A DNA stretch of 64,000 nt from Alphaproteobacteria bacterium. Its GTDB lineage: Bacteria > Pseudomonadota > Alphaproteobacteria > MPNO01. Every line of letters starts with the position of its first letter. Within the stretch, counting starts at the first letter, position 1. Under the pieces are notes generated by a model. The model was not told the origin of the DNA and made no database searches. It saw only the letters and a program-made list of their open reading frames with translations. Positions 10,268-22,840 of the stretch are shown here, one piece after another. The translations under genes were made by a program, and so were the position numbers. Where the stretch lies: the NCBI GenBank assembly GCA_965248835.1, contig CBDFLJ010000001.1:2048001-2112000 (forward strand). The letters run 5' to 3'.

Positions 10268-10347
10268 CGGCCGGTCCCGGCTCGCCTCATCACCCCTGGA
10301 TTGATAGGATCGGCGCCCGGTCACGCATGGTGAGAAGCGAGAGTCCT

Positions 10348-11856
10348 TTGGTTGCCCGCGTCCACACCGCCGCATTCCAAGGGATCGAGGTCCTCGATAT
10401 CGAAGTCCAGGTCCAGGTGGCGAGCGGGTTGCCGGCGTTCACGATCGTCGGGTTGCCGGACAAGGCGGTCGTGGAGTCGCGCGAGCGGGTGCGCGCGGCC
10501 CTGGTCTCGATCGGGCTTGCGCTGCCGCCCCGGCGGATCACGGTCAACCTGTCGCCGGCCGACGTGCTGAAGGAAGGCAGTCATTTCGACCTGCCGATCG
10601 CGCTCGCCGTGCTGATCGCGATGGAGGTTCTGCCGTCGGATGCCGCCGACGGCTACACCGTGCTCGGCGAGCTCGCGCTCGACGGATCGATCCGCCCGGT
10701 TGCGGGCGTTCTGCTGGCCGCAATGGGGGCCGCCGCGCAGGACCGCGGGATCATCTGCCCGGCGTCGGCCGGCGGGGAGGCCGCCTTCGCCGGCGAGATC
10801 GACGTGCTGGCGCCCGAGGGGCTGATCCAACTGGTGAACCATTACAAGGGCGTCCAGGTGCTCACCCCGCCCGAGCCGCGGCTTGCCGAGCCCGACGCCG
10901 CGACCTCCGATCTGCGCGACATCAAAGGCCAGGAATCCGCCAAGCGCGCGCTCGAGATCGCGGCCTCGGGAGGCCACAACCTGCTGATGATCGGCCCGCC
11001 GGGCGCCGGGAAGTCGATGCTGGCAGCCCGCCTCCCCGGCATCCTGCCGCCGCTCGACGCCGCCGAGACGCTGGAGATCTCGATGATCCATTCGGTTGCC
11101 GGCGCGATCACCGACGGAACGCTGTCGCGCACCCGGCCATTCCGCGACCCGCACCATTCGGCCTCGGTCGCCGCGATCGTCGGCGGCGGCACCCGCGCGC
11201 GCCCAGGCGAGGTCTCGCTCGCCCATAACGGGGTGCTGTTCCTCGATGAGCTGCCGGAGTTCAGCCGCGCCGCGCTGGAGGCGCTGCGCCAGCCGATCGA
11301 GTCGGGCCAGGCGGTGATCGCACGCGCCAACGCGCACGTGCGCTACCCCGCGCGGTTCCAGCTCGTTGCCGCGATGAACCCCTGTCGGTGCGGCTGGCTC
11401 GACGATCCGGGCCAGGCCTGCAGCCGCGCGCCGCGCTGTGCGACGGACTACCAGGCGCGGATCTCCGGGCCGTTGTTCGACCGCATCGAGATGCATATCG
11501 ACGTGCCGGCCGTCAGCCCTGCCGACCTCGACCTGCCGCCGCCGGCCGAGGGCTCGGCCGAGATCGCCGCCCGCGTGACCGCGGCCCGCGCGGTCCAGGC
11601 CGCGCGCTACGACGGCGAGGGGATCCGCACCAATGCCGAGGCCGAGGGCGAGCGCCTGGAAGAAGCCGCCGCGCCCGAAGCCGACGGCCGCAAGCTGCTG
11701 GTCGAAGCGGCCGAGCGTCTCAGGCTCACCGCGCGCGGTTACCACCGCGTGATGCGCGTTGCGCGGACCATCGCCGATCTCGACGGCGCCGAGACCGTCC
11801 GCCGCCCGCACGTCGCCGAGGCGCTAAGCTATCGCCGCATCGCACCGGGGCGGTGA
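10348..11856 (+). CDS. yifB: YifB/ComM family Mg-chelatase-like AAA+ ATPase
   Basis: VGLPDKAVVESRERV, GPPGAGKS, PFRDPHHSAS, GVLFLDELPEF; probable TTG start. Confidence 0.95.
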   Translation: MVARVHTAAFQGIEVLDIEVQVQVASGLPAFTIVGLPDKAVVESRERVRAALVSIGLALPPRRITVNLSPADVLKEGSHFDLPIALAVLIAMEVLPSDAADGYTVLGELALDGSIRPVAGVLLAAMGAAAQDRGIICPASAGGEAAFAGEIDVLAPEGLIQLVNHYKGVQVLTPPEPRLAEPDAATSDLRDIKGQESAKRALEIAASGGHNLLMIGPPGAGKSMLAARLPGILPPLDAAETLEISMIHSVAGAITDGTLSRTRPFRDPHHSASVAAIVGGGTRARPGEVSLAHNGVLFLDELPEFSRAALEALRQPIESGQAVIARANAHVRYPARFQLVAAMNPCRCGWLDDPGQACSRAPRCATDYQARISGPLFDRIEMHIDVPAVSPADLDLPPPAEGSAEIAARVTAARAVQAARYDGEGIRTNAEAEGERLEEAAAPEADGRKLLVEAAERLRLTARGYHRVMRVARTIADLDGAETVRRPHVAEALSYRRIAPGR

Positions 11857-11908
11857 CATATGAGCTTCCGCAAGCCCCGGGGCCGGTCCGGCTCGTTGGG
11901 GACAGGCT

Positions 11909-12961
11909 CTATCGCCAGCCAACACTGTCGAAGATCTTGACCGCCTTGGCGTTGTTCTCGCCCAGCACCCTGAGCGCGAGCCCGTCGCCGTTGAATTCGC
12001 CCAGCGCGGCGAGGGCGGCGGAGGGCGAGATGCCCTCGCGGACCGGGAACTCGTGGCCTACGGTGGCATAGATGCGCTGGGCCTCGGGACCGGCGAGGTA
12101 TTCGATCAGGCGCACCGCGTTATCCCGGTTTTTGGCATGCTTGGTGACGGCCGCGCCGCTGATGTTGAGATGGACGCCGCGGCCCCGCTGGTTGGGCCAG
12201 AACAGCTTGACCTTGGCGACGACCTCCTTGTCGCGCCGCTTGGTCGAGGTCATCAGACGCACATAGTAGTAATGGTTGGCGATCGCCACGCCGCCGACGC
12301 CCGCGGCCAGCCCGCGGAGTTGGTCGGTATCCCCGCCCTGCGGCTTGCGGGCGAGGTTTGCGACCATCCCGCGCGCCCAGGCCTCGGCCGCCGCGGCGCC
12401 GTGATGGTGGATCAGCGAGGCCAGCAGCGACTGGTTGTAGATGTTCGATGAGGACCGGATCAGGATGCGGCCCTTCCATGCCGCGTCCGCAAGCGCCTCA
12501 TAGCTCGACAGGTCGGCCGGCTTGACCCGGTCGACGGCGTAGAACAGCGCACGCGCGCGAACACCGAGCCCGAACCAGTAGCCGTCGGGGTCGCGGTAGC
12601 GTGCCGGGATCGAGCGCGTGAGCACGTCCGAGCGCACCGCCTGGAGGATCGCCATGCGTTTGGCGCGGACCAGTCGGCCGGCATCGACGGTCAACAGGAC
12701 GTCGGCCGGCGTGTTGCGCCCCTCGGCCTTGATTCGTTGGGCCAACGCGTCGGCCTTTCCCGTCACCAAATTGTAGCCGATGCCTGTCGCCGCTCCGAAG
12801 GCGTCGAGCTGCGGCTTGATAAGCCGCTCCTTGCGGTAGGAGTAGATGTTAACCTCGCCCGCGCACGCCGCGATGTCGCCGGCAAGCATTGCCGCGCTTG
12901 CGGCCACCAGCAACGAAGCGGCGCATCGGACACCCCGTGGGAACGACCCAATCGCGTTCAT
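11909..12961 (-). CDS. Fe(III) ABC transporter substrate-binding protein (FutA/FbpA-like)
   Basis: VNIYSYR, PADVLLTVDAGRL, RSSSNIYNQSL, ANHYYY, GVHLNISG; SD GGAGG upstream of ATG 12961. Confidence 0.92.
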   Translation of the reverse strand: MNAIGSFPRGVRCAASLLVAASAAMLAGDIAACAGEVNIYSYRKERLIKPQLDAFGAATGIGYNLVTGKADALAQRIKAEGRNTPADVLLTVDAGRLVRAKRMAILQAVRSDVLTRSIPARYRDPDGYWFGLGVRARALFYAVDRVKPADLSSYEALADAAWKGRILIRSSSNIYNQSLLASLIHHHGAAAAEAWARGMVANLARKPQGGDTDQLRGLAAGVGGVAIANHYYYVRLMTSTKRRDKEVVAKVKLFWPNQRGRGVHLNISGAAVTKHAKNRDNAVRLIEYLAGPEAQRIYATVGHEFPVREGISPSAALAALGEFNGDGLALRVLGENNAKAVKIFDSVGWR

Positions 12962-12998
12962 CCTGTCAACCTCCGAACCATCAGAAAACGTAGTTGCA

Positions 12999-13017
12999 AA
13001 TGCGAATGACTTGCAGT
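12999..13017. promoter_or_regulatory. Putative Fur/Mur-type operator
   Basis: Imperfect 9-1-9 palindrome AATGCGAATGACTTGCAGT in an AT-rich patch about 40 bp upstream of the Fe-binding protein gene. Confidence 0.65.
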
Positions 13018-13141
13018 CGCAATTTATCGCCACGCCGCCCCCACAGCAAGACCGCCGCGCGCCTTTGCGCGGTTCCGCGACGTTTCGCCGCACCTTGCAA
13101 CGCCGGCCGGCGGAGCCCCCAGAACTTGTTCCGAACAAGCC

Positions 13142-15934
<2,793 letters not shown>

Positions 15935-16013
15935 CGCCCCTTCCCGCCGAATGGCCTGGACAAGCCCGGAGGATGCTAGATGGCCCGGCCCGTGTCGAGA
16001 CCGCGCCGCGGTG

Positions 16014-17285
16014 TCAGGGCGCGTTCCGTGCGAGCACGCTGCCGACCAGGTAGAGCGAGCCGCAGATCAGGATCCGCGAAGGCGTCGGATCCTCGCGTGC
16101 GATCGCGGTGACCGCTTCGGCCACGTCGGCGTGTGCCGAGGCCGGCACGCCCAACGCCGAGCCCGCGGCAACCAGGGTGTCCGGGCTGTGGCATTCGGCG
16201 GCGCCGGGAATCGGCACTGCCCGCAGCGAGCGGGCGTGGCGGGCGAGCGGGATCAGGAACTCCGCCGGCGGCCGGTTGGCGAGATGGCCCATCACGATGT
16301 GGAGCGGACGGTCGCCCCATCCGCGCGCGACCTCGGCAAGCGCCGCACCGGCGGCCCCGTTATGGCCGCCATCGAGCCACAGCTCGTGCCGCGGCCCGGC
16401 CTTGCGGGGCAGGCTGCCCTCCGGCAGGTGCTGGAGCCGACCCGGCCAGCGCGCCGCGGCGATGCCCTCGGCGATCGCCTCGACCGCGATCTTCGGCGCG
16501 GGCAGGGCTCGGACCGCCGCCGCAGAGAGCGCCGCGTTGGCGCGCTGGTGCGGGCCGAACAATCCCGGGGCAGGCAGGTCCAGCGCCAGCGTGCCGTCGC
16601 TATAGGTCGTTGCGGAATGGCACCACTCCCGTCCGTGCCGACGCAGCGGCGCGCCGACCTCGGCCGCGCGCGCGGCGATCACCGCCGCGGCTTCCTCGGT
16701 CTGCTCGCCGATCACCGCGGTGACGCCGGGCTTCAGGATGCCGGCCTTCTCGAAGGCGATCGCAGCGATCGTCTCGCCCAGGAAGCGCGTGTGATCGCGC
16801 GAGACCGGGGTGATGATCGACAGCACCGGGTCGTCCAGCACGTTGGTCGCATCGAACCGGCCGCCCAGCCCGGTCTCGACCAGCGCGAGGTCCGCAGCGC
16901 TGCGTGACATCGCAAGCAACCCCGCCGCCGTCGTGATCTCGAAGAACGTGATCGGCTGGTTCCGGTTGGCGCGCTCGCATTCGGCCAGGATCTCGCCCAG
17001 CAAATCGTCCTCGATCGGCCGGCCGCCGAGCACGATGCGCTCGTTGAACCGGACCAGATGGGGCGAGGTGTAGGCATGGACCGAAAGCCCGGCCGCTCGG
17101 CAAATCGCCGCCAGGAAGGCGATCACCGAGCCCTTGCCGTTGGTGCCCGCGATATGGATCACCGGCGGCAGCCGGTCCTCGGGGCGGTCGAGCGCATCGA
17201 GCAGGCGCCGGATGCGCTCCAGGCTCAGGTCGATGAGCTTGGGATGCAGACGGGTAAGCCGTTGCAGGACGGGCTCACTCGCCAA
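16014..17285 (-). CDS. folC: Folylpolyglutamate/dihydrofolate synthase
   Basis: HIAGTNGKGS, YTSPHL, ETGLGGRFDATN, WPGRLQ, LDGGHN; probable TTG start overlapping accD end. Confidence 0.97.
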   Translation of the reverse strand: MASEPVLQRLTRLHPKLIDLSLERIRRLLDALDRPEDRLPPVIHIAGTNGKGSVIAFLAAICRAAGLSVHAYTSPHLVRFNERIVLGGRPIEDDLLGEILAECERANRNQPITFFEITTAAGLLAMSRSAADLALVETGLGGRFDATNVLDDPVLSIITPVSRDHTRFLGETIAAIAFEKAGILKPGVTAVIGEQTEEAAAVIAARAAEVGAPLRRHGREWCHSATTYSDGTLALDLPAPGLFGPHQRANAALSAAAVRALPAPKIAVEAIAEGIAAARWPGRLQHLPEGSLPRKAGPRHELWLDGGHNGAAGAALAEVARGWGDRPLHIVMGHLANRPPAEFLIPLARHARSLRAVPIPGAAECHSPDTLVAAGSALGVPASAHADVAEAVTAIAREDPTPSRILICGSLYLVGSVLARNAP

Positions 17286-18255
17286 CGGCTGCGCCCGGGG
17301 CATCCTCGACGGGTTCTTCGGCGGTCTCCGCTGCCTCGACCTCCTGCGCCGGCGCGTCGTCCGCGCCGGGCTCATCGGACGGCTCCGCGCCGGTCTGCGG
17401 CACGGCCGCGGTCTTGTTCATCAACAGATCGACCACATCGATCAGCGTCTCGCGCAGGTCCGTCCGGGGCACCACCATATCGACCATTCCGTGCTCGAGC
17501 AGATACTCGGCTCTCTGGAAGCCCTCAGGCAGGGTCTCGCGGATGGTCTCCTCGATCACCCGCCGGCCGGCGAAGCCGATCAGCGCGCCCGGCTCGGCCA
17601 AGGCGATGTCGCCCAGCATGGCGAACGACGCCGACACGCCGCCGGTGGTGGGATCGGCCAGGACGACGATGAAGGGCAAGCCGGCCTCCCTGACCCGCTG
17701 CACCCCGATGGTCGAGCGCGGCATCTGCATCAGCGACAGGATGCCTTCCTGCATCCGCGCACCGCCCGAGGACGGGAAGACGATCAGCGCGGCGCCATCG
17801 GCCACCGCGCGGTCCGCCGCGGCAACGATGCCGTTGCCGACCGCGATGCCCATCGAGCCGCCCATGAACTGGAAGTCGAAAGCCGCGAGCACCGCCGGGT
17901 TGCCGCCCAGGCTGCCGGCAGCAACAGTGATCGCATCCCGGGCGCCGGAGGACGAACGGCTGTCGCGCAGCCGTTCGGAATAGCGCTTGCGGTCGCGGAA
18001 GCGCAGCGGGTCGACATTGCAGGGCGGCAGGTCGACCAGCGTCCAGCTATCGGCATCGAGTATCGACACGATGCGCTTTTGCGCATCCAGCCGCATGTGG
18101 TGGTCGCAGTGGGGGCACACGTTGAGCGTCAGCTCGAGCTCGCGATGAAAGATCATCTGTTCGCAGGCCGGGCATTGCGACCAGAGGTTTTCGGGAATCT
18201 CCGGCTTTTTGACCAGCGCCCGGATCTTGGGAGGGATGTTGGTAAGCCAGCTCAT
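17275..18255 (-). CDS. accD: Acetyl-CoA carboxylase carboxyltransferase beta subunit
   Basis: Zn finger CPAC...CPHC, FMGGSMG, SGGARMQEG, PTTGGVSASFA. Confidence 0.98.
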   Translation of the reverse strand: MSWLTNIPPKIRALVKKPEIPENLWSQCPACEQMIFHRELELTLNVCPHCDHHMRLDAQKRIVSILDADSWTLVDLPPCNVDPLRFRDRKRYSERLRDSRSSSGARDAITVAAGSLGGNPAVLAAFDFQFMGGSMGIAVGNGIVAAADRAVADGAALIVFPSSGGARMQEGILSLMQMPRSTIGVQRVREAGLPFIVVLADPTTGGVSASFAMLGDIALAEPGALIGFAGRRVIEETIRETLPEGFQRAEYLLEHGMVDMVVPRTDLRETLIDVVDLLMNKTAAVPQTGAEPSDEPGADDAPAQEVEAAETAEEPVEDAPGAAVGE

Positions 18256-18281
18256 CGATCGATGCTCTCACCCTGCCGTCG

Positions 18282-19124
18282 TCACCCGCCGCGGGCGGGG
18301 CCATGGACGCCCTGGGCCAGCGTGCGCACGAAGTCGGCCACCGCCTGCGCGCATGACGGTCGCGCCCTGCCGGCCTCATCCAGGCTCTGCGCGATGCGCT
18401 CGACGATCGCCGAACCGACCACCACGGCATCGGCGACGGCGGCGATCTCGGCGGCCTGTTCGGGGCTGCGGACGCCGAATCCGACCGCGACGGGCAACGG
18501 CGACGCGGCGCGGATGCGCGCCAGCCCGCGCTCGACCTCGCCGCGCACGGCCGACTTGGTGCCGGTGATGCCGGTCACCGAGACGTAATAGATGAATCCG
18601 TCGCAGTTTACCAAGATTTGGTGAAGCCGGGCTTCGTCGGTGGTCGGCGCGACCAGGCGGATCACCGCGAGCCCTGCCGCCCGTGCCGGCGCGCGCAGGC
18701 AGGCGTCCTCTTCCGGCGGCAGGTCGACCACGATCAGCCCGTCGACCCCGGAAGCGGCGGCGTCGGCGAGGAACGCCTCGGTTCCATAGCGGTGGATCGG
18801 GTTGAAATAGCCCATCAGCACCAGCGGGGTGGACTGATCGGATCGCCGGAAGTCGCCCACCATCGACAGGGTGCGCGCCATGGTCTGGCCGGCCGCCAAC
18901 GCCCGGTCGCCGGCATGCTGGATCGACGGGCCGTCGGCCATCGGGTCGCTGAACGGCATGCCGATCTCGATCAGGTCGGCGCCCGCCTCAGGCAGCCGGG
19001 CGAGGATCGCCGCCGAGGTCTCCGCGTCGGGATCGCCGGCGGTCACGAACGGGATAAAGGCCGCCCGTCCTTCGGCTCTCAGGGCCGAAAAGCGTTGGGC
19101 GATGCGTGCGGCACCGGCGGTCAC
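18282..19124 (-). CDS. trpA: Tryptophan synthase alpha chain
   Basis: [30 protein letters not shown]; GTG overlaps trpB stop. Confidence 0.98.
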   Translation of the reverse strand: MTAGAARIAQRFSALRAEGRAAFIPFVTAGDPDAETSAAILARLPEAGADLIEIGMPFSDPMADGPSIQHAGDRALAAGQTMARTLSMVGDFRRSDQSTPLVLMGYFNPIHRYGTEAFLADAAASGVDGLIVVDLPPEEDACLRAPARAAGLAVIRLVAPTTDEARLHQILVNCDGFIYYVSVTGITGTKSAVRGEVERGLARIRAASPLPVAVGFGVRSPEQAAEIAAVADAVVVGSAIVERIAQSLDEAGRARPSCAQAVADFVRTLAQGVHGPARGG

Positions 19125-20332
19125 AGAGACACCCCCAGCGCTTCGGCAACGGTGAAGACGTCCTTGTCGCCGCGCCCGCACATATTCATGACCAGCAGGT
19201 GATCGGCGGGCAGCGCAGGTGCGATCCGCGCCACATGGGCCAGCGCGTGGGCGGGCTCCAGCGCGGGCAGAATACCCTCCAGCCGGCTGCAGAGCTGGAA
19301 GGCCTCCAGCGCCTGCGCATCGGTCACCGAGACATAGCTGACCCGCCCGAGGTCATGCAGCCAGGCATGCTCCGGCCCGACGCCGGGATAGTCGAGCCCG
19401 GCGGAGATCGAATGAGCCTCCTGGATCTGGCCGTCGTCGTCCTGCAGCAGATAGGTCCGGTTGCCGTGCAGCACACCCGGTCTGCCGGCGGTGAGCGAGG
19501 CGGCGTGGCGGCCGGATTCCAGGCCGAGACCGGCCGCCTCGACCGCGTCGATACGGATGTCCGGCTCGTCGAGGAAGGGATGGAACAGGCCCATCGCGTT
19601 CGATCCGCCGCCGATGCAGGCAACCAGCGTATCGGGCAACCGGCCCTCGGCGGCGATGATCTGCTCGCGCACCTCCCTGCCGATCACCGACTGAAAGTCG
19701 CGCACCATCTCGGGATAGGGGTGCGGGCCGGCAACGGTGCCGATCACGTAGAACGTGTCCTCGACGTTGGCGACCCAGTCGCGCAGGGTTTCGTTCATCG
19801 CGTCCTTGAGCGTCCGGCTGCCCGAGGTGACCGGCACGACTTCGGCACCGAGGAGCTTCATGCGGAAGACGTTGGGCGCCTGGCGCACGATATCGGTCTC
19901 ACCCATGTAGACCGTGCAAGGCAGATCGAACAGCGCGCAGACCGTTGCTGTAGCGACCCCGTGCTGACCGGCGCCGGTCTCTGCGATGATCCGTGTCTTG
20001 CCCATGCGCCGGGCGAGCAGGATCTGGCCCATGGTGTTGTTGATCTTGTGCGCGCCGGTGTGGTTGAGCTCGTCGCGCTTGAAATAGATCTTCGCCCCGC
20101 CCAAATGCTCGCTCAGCCGCCTTGCATGGTATAGTGGGCTCGGCCGGCCGACATAATGGGCGAGGTAGTAAGAGAGCTCGACCGCGAAGTCCGGGTCCGC
20201 CTGGACATCCCGGTAGGCGCGCTCGACCTCCAGGACGAGCGGCATGAGGGTTTCGGCGACATAGCGGCCGCCGAACGGTCCGAAATGGCCCTCGGCGTCG
20301 GGCCCGTCGCGATAGGTGTTGCGGCTCTCCAT
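19121..20332 (-). CDS. trpB: Tryptophan synthase beta chain
   Basis: [38 protein letters not shown]. Confidence 0.99.
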   Translation of the reverse strand: MESRNTYRDGPDAEGHFGPFGGRYVAETLMPLVLEVERAYRDVQADPDFAVELSYYLAHYVGRPSPLYHARRLSEHLGGAKIYFKRDELNHTGAHKINNTMGQILLARRMGKTRIIAETGAGQHGVATATVCALFDLPCTVYMGETDIVRQAPNVFRMKLLGAEVVPVTSGSRTLKDAMNETLRDWVANVEDTFYVIGTVAGPHPYPEMVRDFQSVIGREVREQIIAAEGRLPDTLVACIGGGSNAMGLFHPFLDEPDIRIDAVEAAGLGLESGRHAASLTAGRPGVLHGNRTYLLQDDDGQIQEAHSISAGLDYPGVGPEHAWLHDLGRVSYVSVTDAQALEAFQLCSRLEGILPALEPAHALAHVARIAPALPADHLLVMNMCGRGDKDVFTVAEALGVSL

Positions 20333-20355
20333 CGGCTGATCCGTTCCGCCGGGGC

Positions 20356-21003
20356 TCAAAGCGCCGCCACCGCGGCGAGAAAGGCCGCGACCCTGGCGGG
20401 GTCCTTCACGCCCGGCGCGACCTCGACGCCGGAAGATACATCAACCGCCGGCGCGCCGCTGGTGCGCACCGCCTCGGCCACGTTCTCCGGCGTCAGCCCG
20501 CCGGACAGCATCCACGGCCAGGACCGGTCCCGCCCGCCAAGGATGCGCCAGTCGAAGCTCAATGCGTTGCCCCCCGGCATGAAATCGCCGCCCGAGGCGG
20601 GCGCCTTGGCGTCGAACAGCAGCCTGTCGGCAACCCCGGCATAGCTCTCGGCGAGCGCAAGGTCCTCGGCGGCCGAGACCTTGATCGCCTTCATCACCGG
20701 GCGTCCGGTACGCCGCTTGATCTCGGCCACGCGCGCAGGGCTTTCGCTGCCGTGGAGTTGCAAGAGGTCGAGCCGGACGGTCTCCAGCATCGCCTCCAGC
20801 GCTTCGTCCGGCGGGTCGACGAACAGCCCGACGACGGTCATCTCCCGCGGCGCGGCGGCGGCGAGGAGCGCCGCCTCCTCAGCGCTGACATTGCGCGGGG
20901 ATCTGGGAAAGAACACCAGCCCGATCTCGGCCGCGCCATGGGCGACGGCGGCTTGCAGGATTTCCGGCCGGCGCACGCCGCAGATCTTCGCGCTCACGGC
21001 CAT
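20356..21003 (-). CDS. trpF: Phosphoribosylanthranilate isomerase
   Basis: [29 protein letters not shown]; ATG at 21003. Confidence 0.97.
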   Translation of the reverse strand: MAVSAKICGVRRPEILQAAVAHGAAEIGLVFFPRSPRNVSAEEAALLAAAAPREMTVVGLFVDPPDEALEAMLETVRLDLLQLHGSESPARVAEIKRRTGRPVMKAIKVSAAEDLALAESYAGVADRLLFDAKAPASGGDFMPGGNALSFDWRILGGRDRSWPWMLSGGLTPENVAEAVRTSGAPAVDVSSGVEVAPGVKDPARVAAFLAAVAAL

Positions 21004-21116
21004 CACGCCGCCGCCTCGCGCGCGGGCTCCGCCGTGGTGAGGTCCTCCAGCGCTGTGCAGGGTGCGCGGAAAGCCGTGCGCGCGCCGTCGATCTCTTCGG
21101 CGGAGATGTAACGCAT
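21003..21116 (-). pseudogene. 37-aa in-frame stub of an ornithine cyclodeaminase/mu-crystallin family gene
   Basis: Below ORF-track cutoff: MRYISAEEIDGARTAFRAPCTALEDLTTAEPAREAAA*. Start resembles the family N-terminus and TALEDL the C-terminal SVGxALED motif; TGA overlaps trpF ATG. Confidence 0.65.
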
Positions 21117-21125
21117 CGGTCCGGC

Positions 21126-21491
21126 TTACCGGGCCCGCGAGCGCAGGCCAAGCCTGGGTATCAGGCTCCTGGGCAGCGCGACCGCCCGGGTGGCCGGGCC
21201 GCCGGCCTGGGCCGATTGCTCCTGCGCGCTCGACAGCTCGCGGGCAAGCGCGCTCGCCTTGCGCTCGCCCACCCGCGCCTTGCGGCGCCATCTGGTATCG
21301 GAGAGCCACTGCACCAAGCCGCCGATCAGCACGCCGATCACCAGCGCGCCCAGCACCGCCAGATAGACCGGCAGATCGACCGCGAACGGCAGCGGCCACA
21401 GCTCCAGCGTGACCGGTTGCCGGTTCGCCACAGCGAAAACGATGACGATCGCGGCAACCGGGATGAAGACGAGCCTGGAGAGAAGCTTCAT
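21126..21491 (-). CDS. LapA-domain (DUF1049) membrane protein
   Basis: Two TM segments, FAVANRQPVTL; follows ihfB. Confidence 0.88.
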   Translation of the reverse strand: MKLLSRLVFIPVAAIVIVFAVANRQPVTLELWPLPFAVDLPVYLAVLGALVIGVLIGGLVQWLSDTRWRRKARVGERKASALARELSSAQEQSAQAGGPATRAVALPRSLIPRLGLRSRAR

Positions 21492-21531
21492 CCGCGGCCT
21501 AGCGCGCGTCCGGCGCCCGGCAGCGGTCGGT

Positions 21532-21816
21532 TCAGGGCTGGGTGTTCAGCCGGTCGCGCAGGTCTCTGCCGGCCTTGAAGAAGGGGACATGCTTCTGCTC
21601 GACCGCGACCGACTCGCCGGTCCGCGGGTTGCGGCCGATGCGGGCGGCGCGCGCCTTGACCGAGAACGCGCCGAAGCCGCGCAGCTCGACCCTGTCGCCG
21701 CGCGAAAGCGCGCCGGAAATCTCCTCGAAGATGGTCGAGACGATGCGTTCCACGTCGCGCTGGTAGAGATGGGGGTTGCGTTCCGCCAAGCGCTGGATCA
21801 GCTCGGACTTGGTCAT
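21532..21816 (-). CDS. ihfB: Integration host factor beta
   Basis: [31 protein letters not shown]. Confidence 0.98.
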   Translation of the reverse strand: MTKSELIQRLAERNPHLYQRDVERIVSTIFEEISGALSRGDRVELRGFGAFSVKARAARIGRNPRTGESVAVEQKHVPFFKAGRDLRDRLNTQP

Positions 21817-21885
21817 CGTGGATCGCGCCCCCGCCCCGCTCTGCGTGCCGCCGCCATGGTGCCGCACGGCCGTCCTGAAGAGACA

Positions 21886-22797
21886 TCAACGCGACCAAGG
21901 GTGCCAGACCGACACGAGACCGTCAAGGGTAAGCCGTTCAGAGAAAATCGTTTTTTCACCCAGCGCGGTCGCACGCCGGAGCATGTCGGCGAACCTTTTC
22001 CGGTCTTGGACATCGCGTACGGGAAGGTCCTCGGCCAGACCCTTGGTGTGCTCCAGCCAAGCGACCGCCTCGTCCTCGCCGCCGATCGCATCGATGAGCT
22101 TTGCCTCCAGCGCGCGGCGGCCGGAATAGACCCGGCCGTCGCCGACCCGGGCCAGCGCCTCGCCACCGAGCTTGCGCCGCTCGCCCACCATGTCGAGGAA
22201 CATCTTATGGGAGTCCGCGATCATCTCGCGCAGTGCGGCGCGGACCGGCTCGGTCATCGGCTCGAACGGTGAGGGGGTGGCCTTGAGCGGGCCGCTCTTG
22301 ATCGCCTCGGCCGAGATCCCGAGCTTGTTCAGCAGGCCGGAGATCTCGGTCGTCTGCATGACCACGCCGACGGAGCCGGTGATCGTCCCCTCGCGGGCGT
22401 AGACCCGGTCGGCTGCGATTGCCGTCATGTATCCTGCCGAGGTTGCGATCTCGCCCATGACCGCGACCACCGGCTTGGACTTCGCGACCGCTCGGAGGGC
22501 GCGGTGAAGCGCCTCGCCGCCGACCACCGAGCCGCCGGGGCTGTCGATATGGAGGATCAGAGCCTCCGCATCGCCGTCTTCGGCGATCTGGGCAAGGGTT
22601 TCGCGGCGCGTTCTGTCGTCGCTGATGATCCCGTCGACCGCGTAGCGCGCGATATAGGCGCCACCCGACAGCCCGTTGAACCGGCCGACCGCGGCCACTG
22701 CCGCGCCCGCCAAGGCGACGATCGCCAGCGCCCGCCACCACGACAGCCGCCTCGCAAGGCGGCGCCGGTCGAGAAGAAAATCGCCATCGATCGACAT
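21886..22797 (-). CDS. sppA: Signal peptide peptidase SppA (S49)
   Basis: IDSPGG, ATSAGY, TITGSVGV, DGRVYSG. Confidence 0.95.
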   Translation of the reverse strand: MSIDGDFLLDRRRLARRLSWWRALAIVALAGAAVAAVGRFNGLSGGAYIARYAVDGIISDDRTRRETLAQIAEDGDAEALILHIDSPGGSVVGGEALHRALRAVAKSKPVVAVMGEIATSAGYMTAIAADRVYAREGTITGSVGVVMQTTEISGLLNKLGISAEAIKSGPLKATPSPFEPMTEPVRAALREMIADSHKMFLDMVGERRKLGGEALARVGDGRVYSGRRALEAKLIDAIGGEDEAVAWLEHTKGLAEDLPVRDVQDRKRFADMLRRATALGEKTIFSERLTLDGLVSVWHPWSR

Positions 22798-22840
22798 GAT
22801 CAACCCGTGCCGCGGCGATCATGCGGTCCGGCGGGCGGGC

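Noticed and set aside
21003-21116. trp attenuator leader peptide
   Set aside because: No Trp codons, no terminator or U-tract, and its stop overlaps the trpF start
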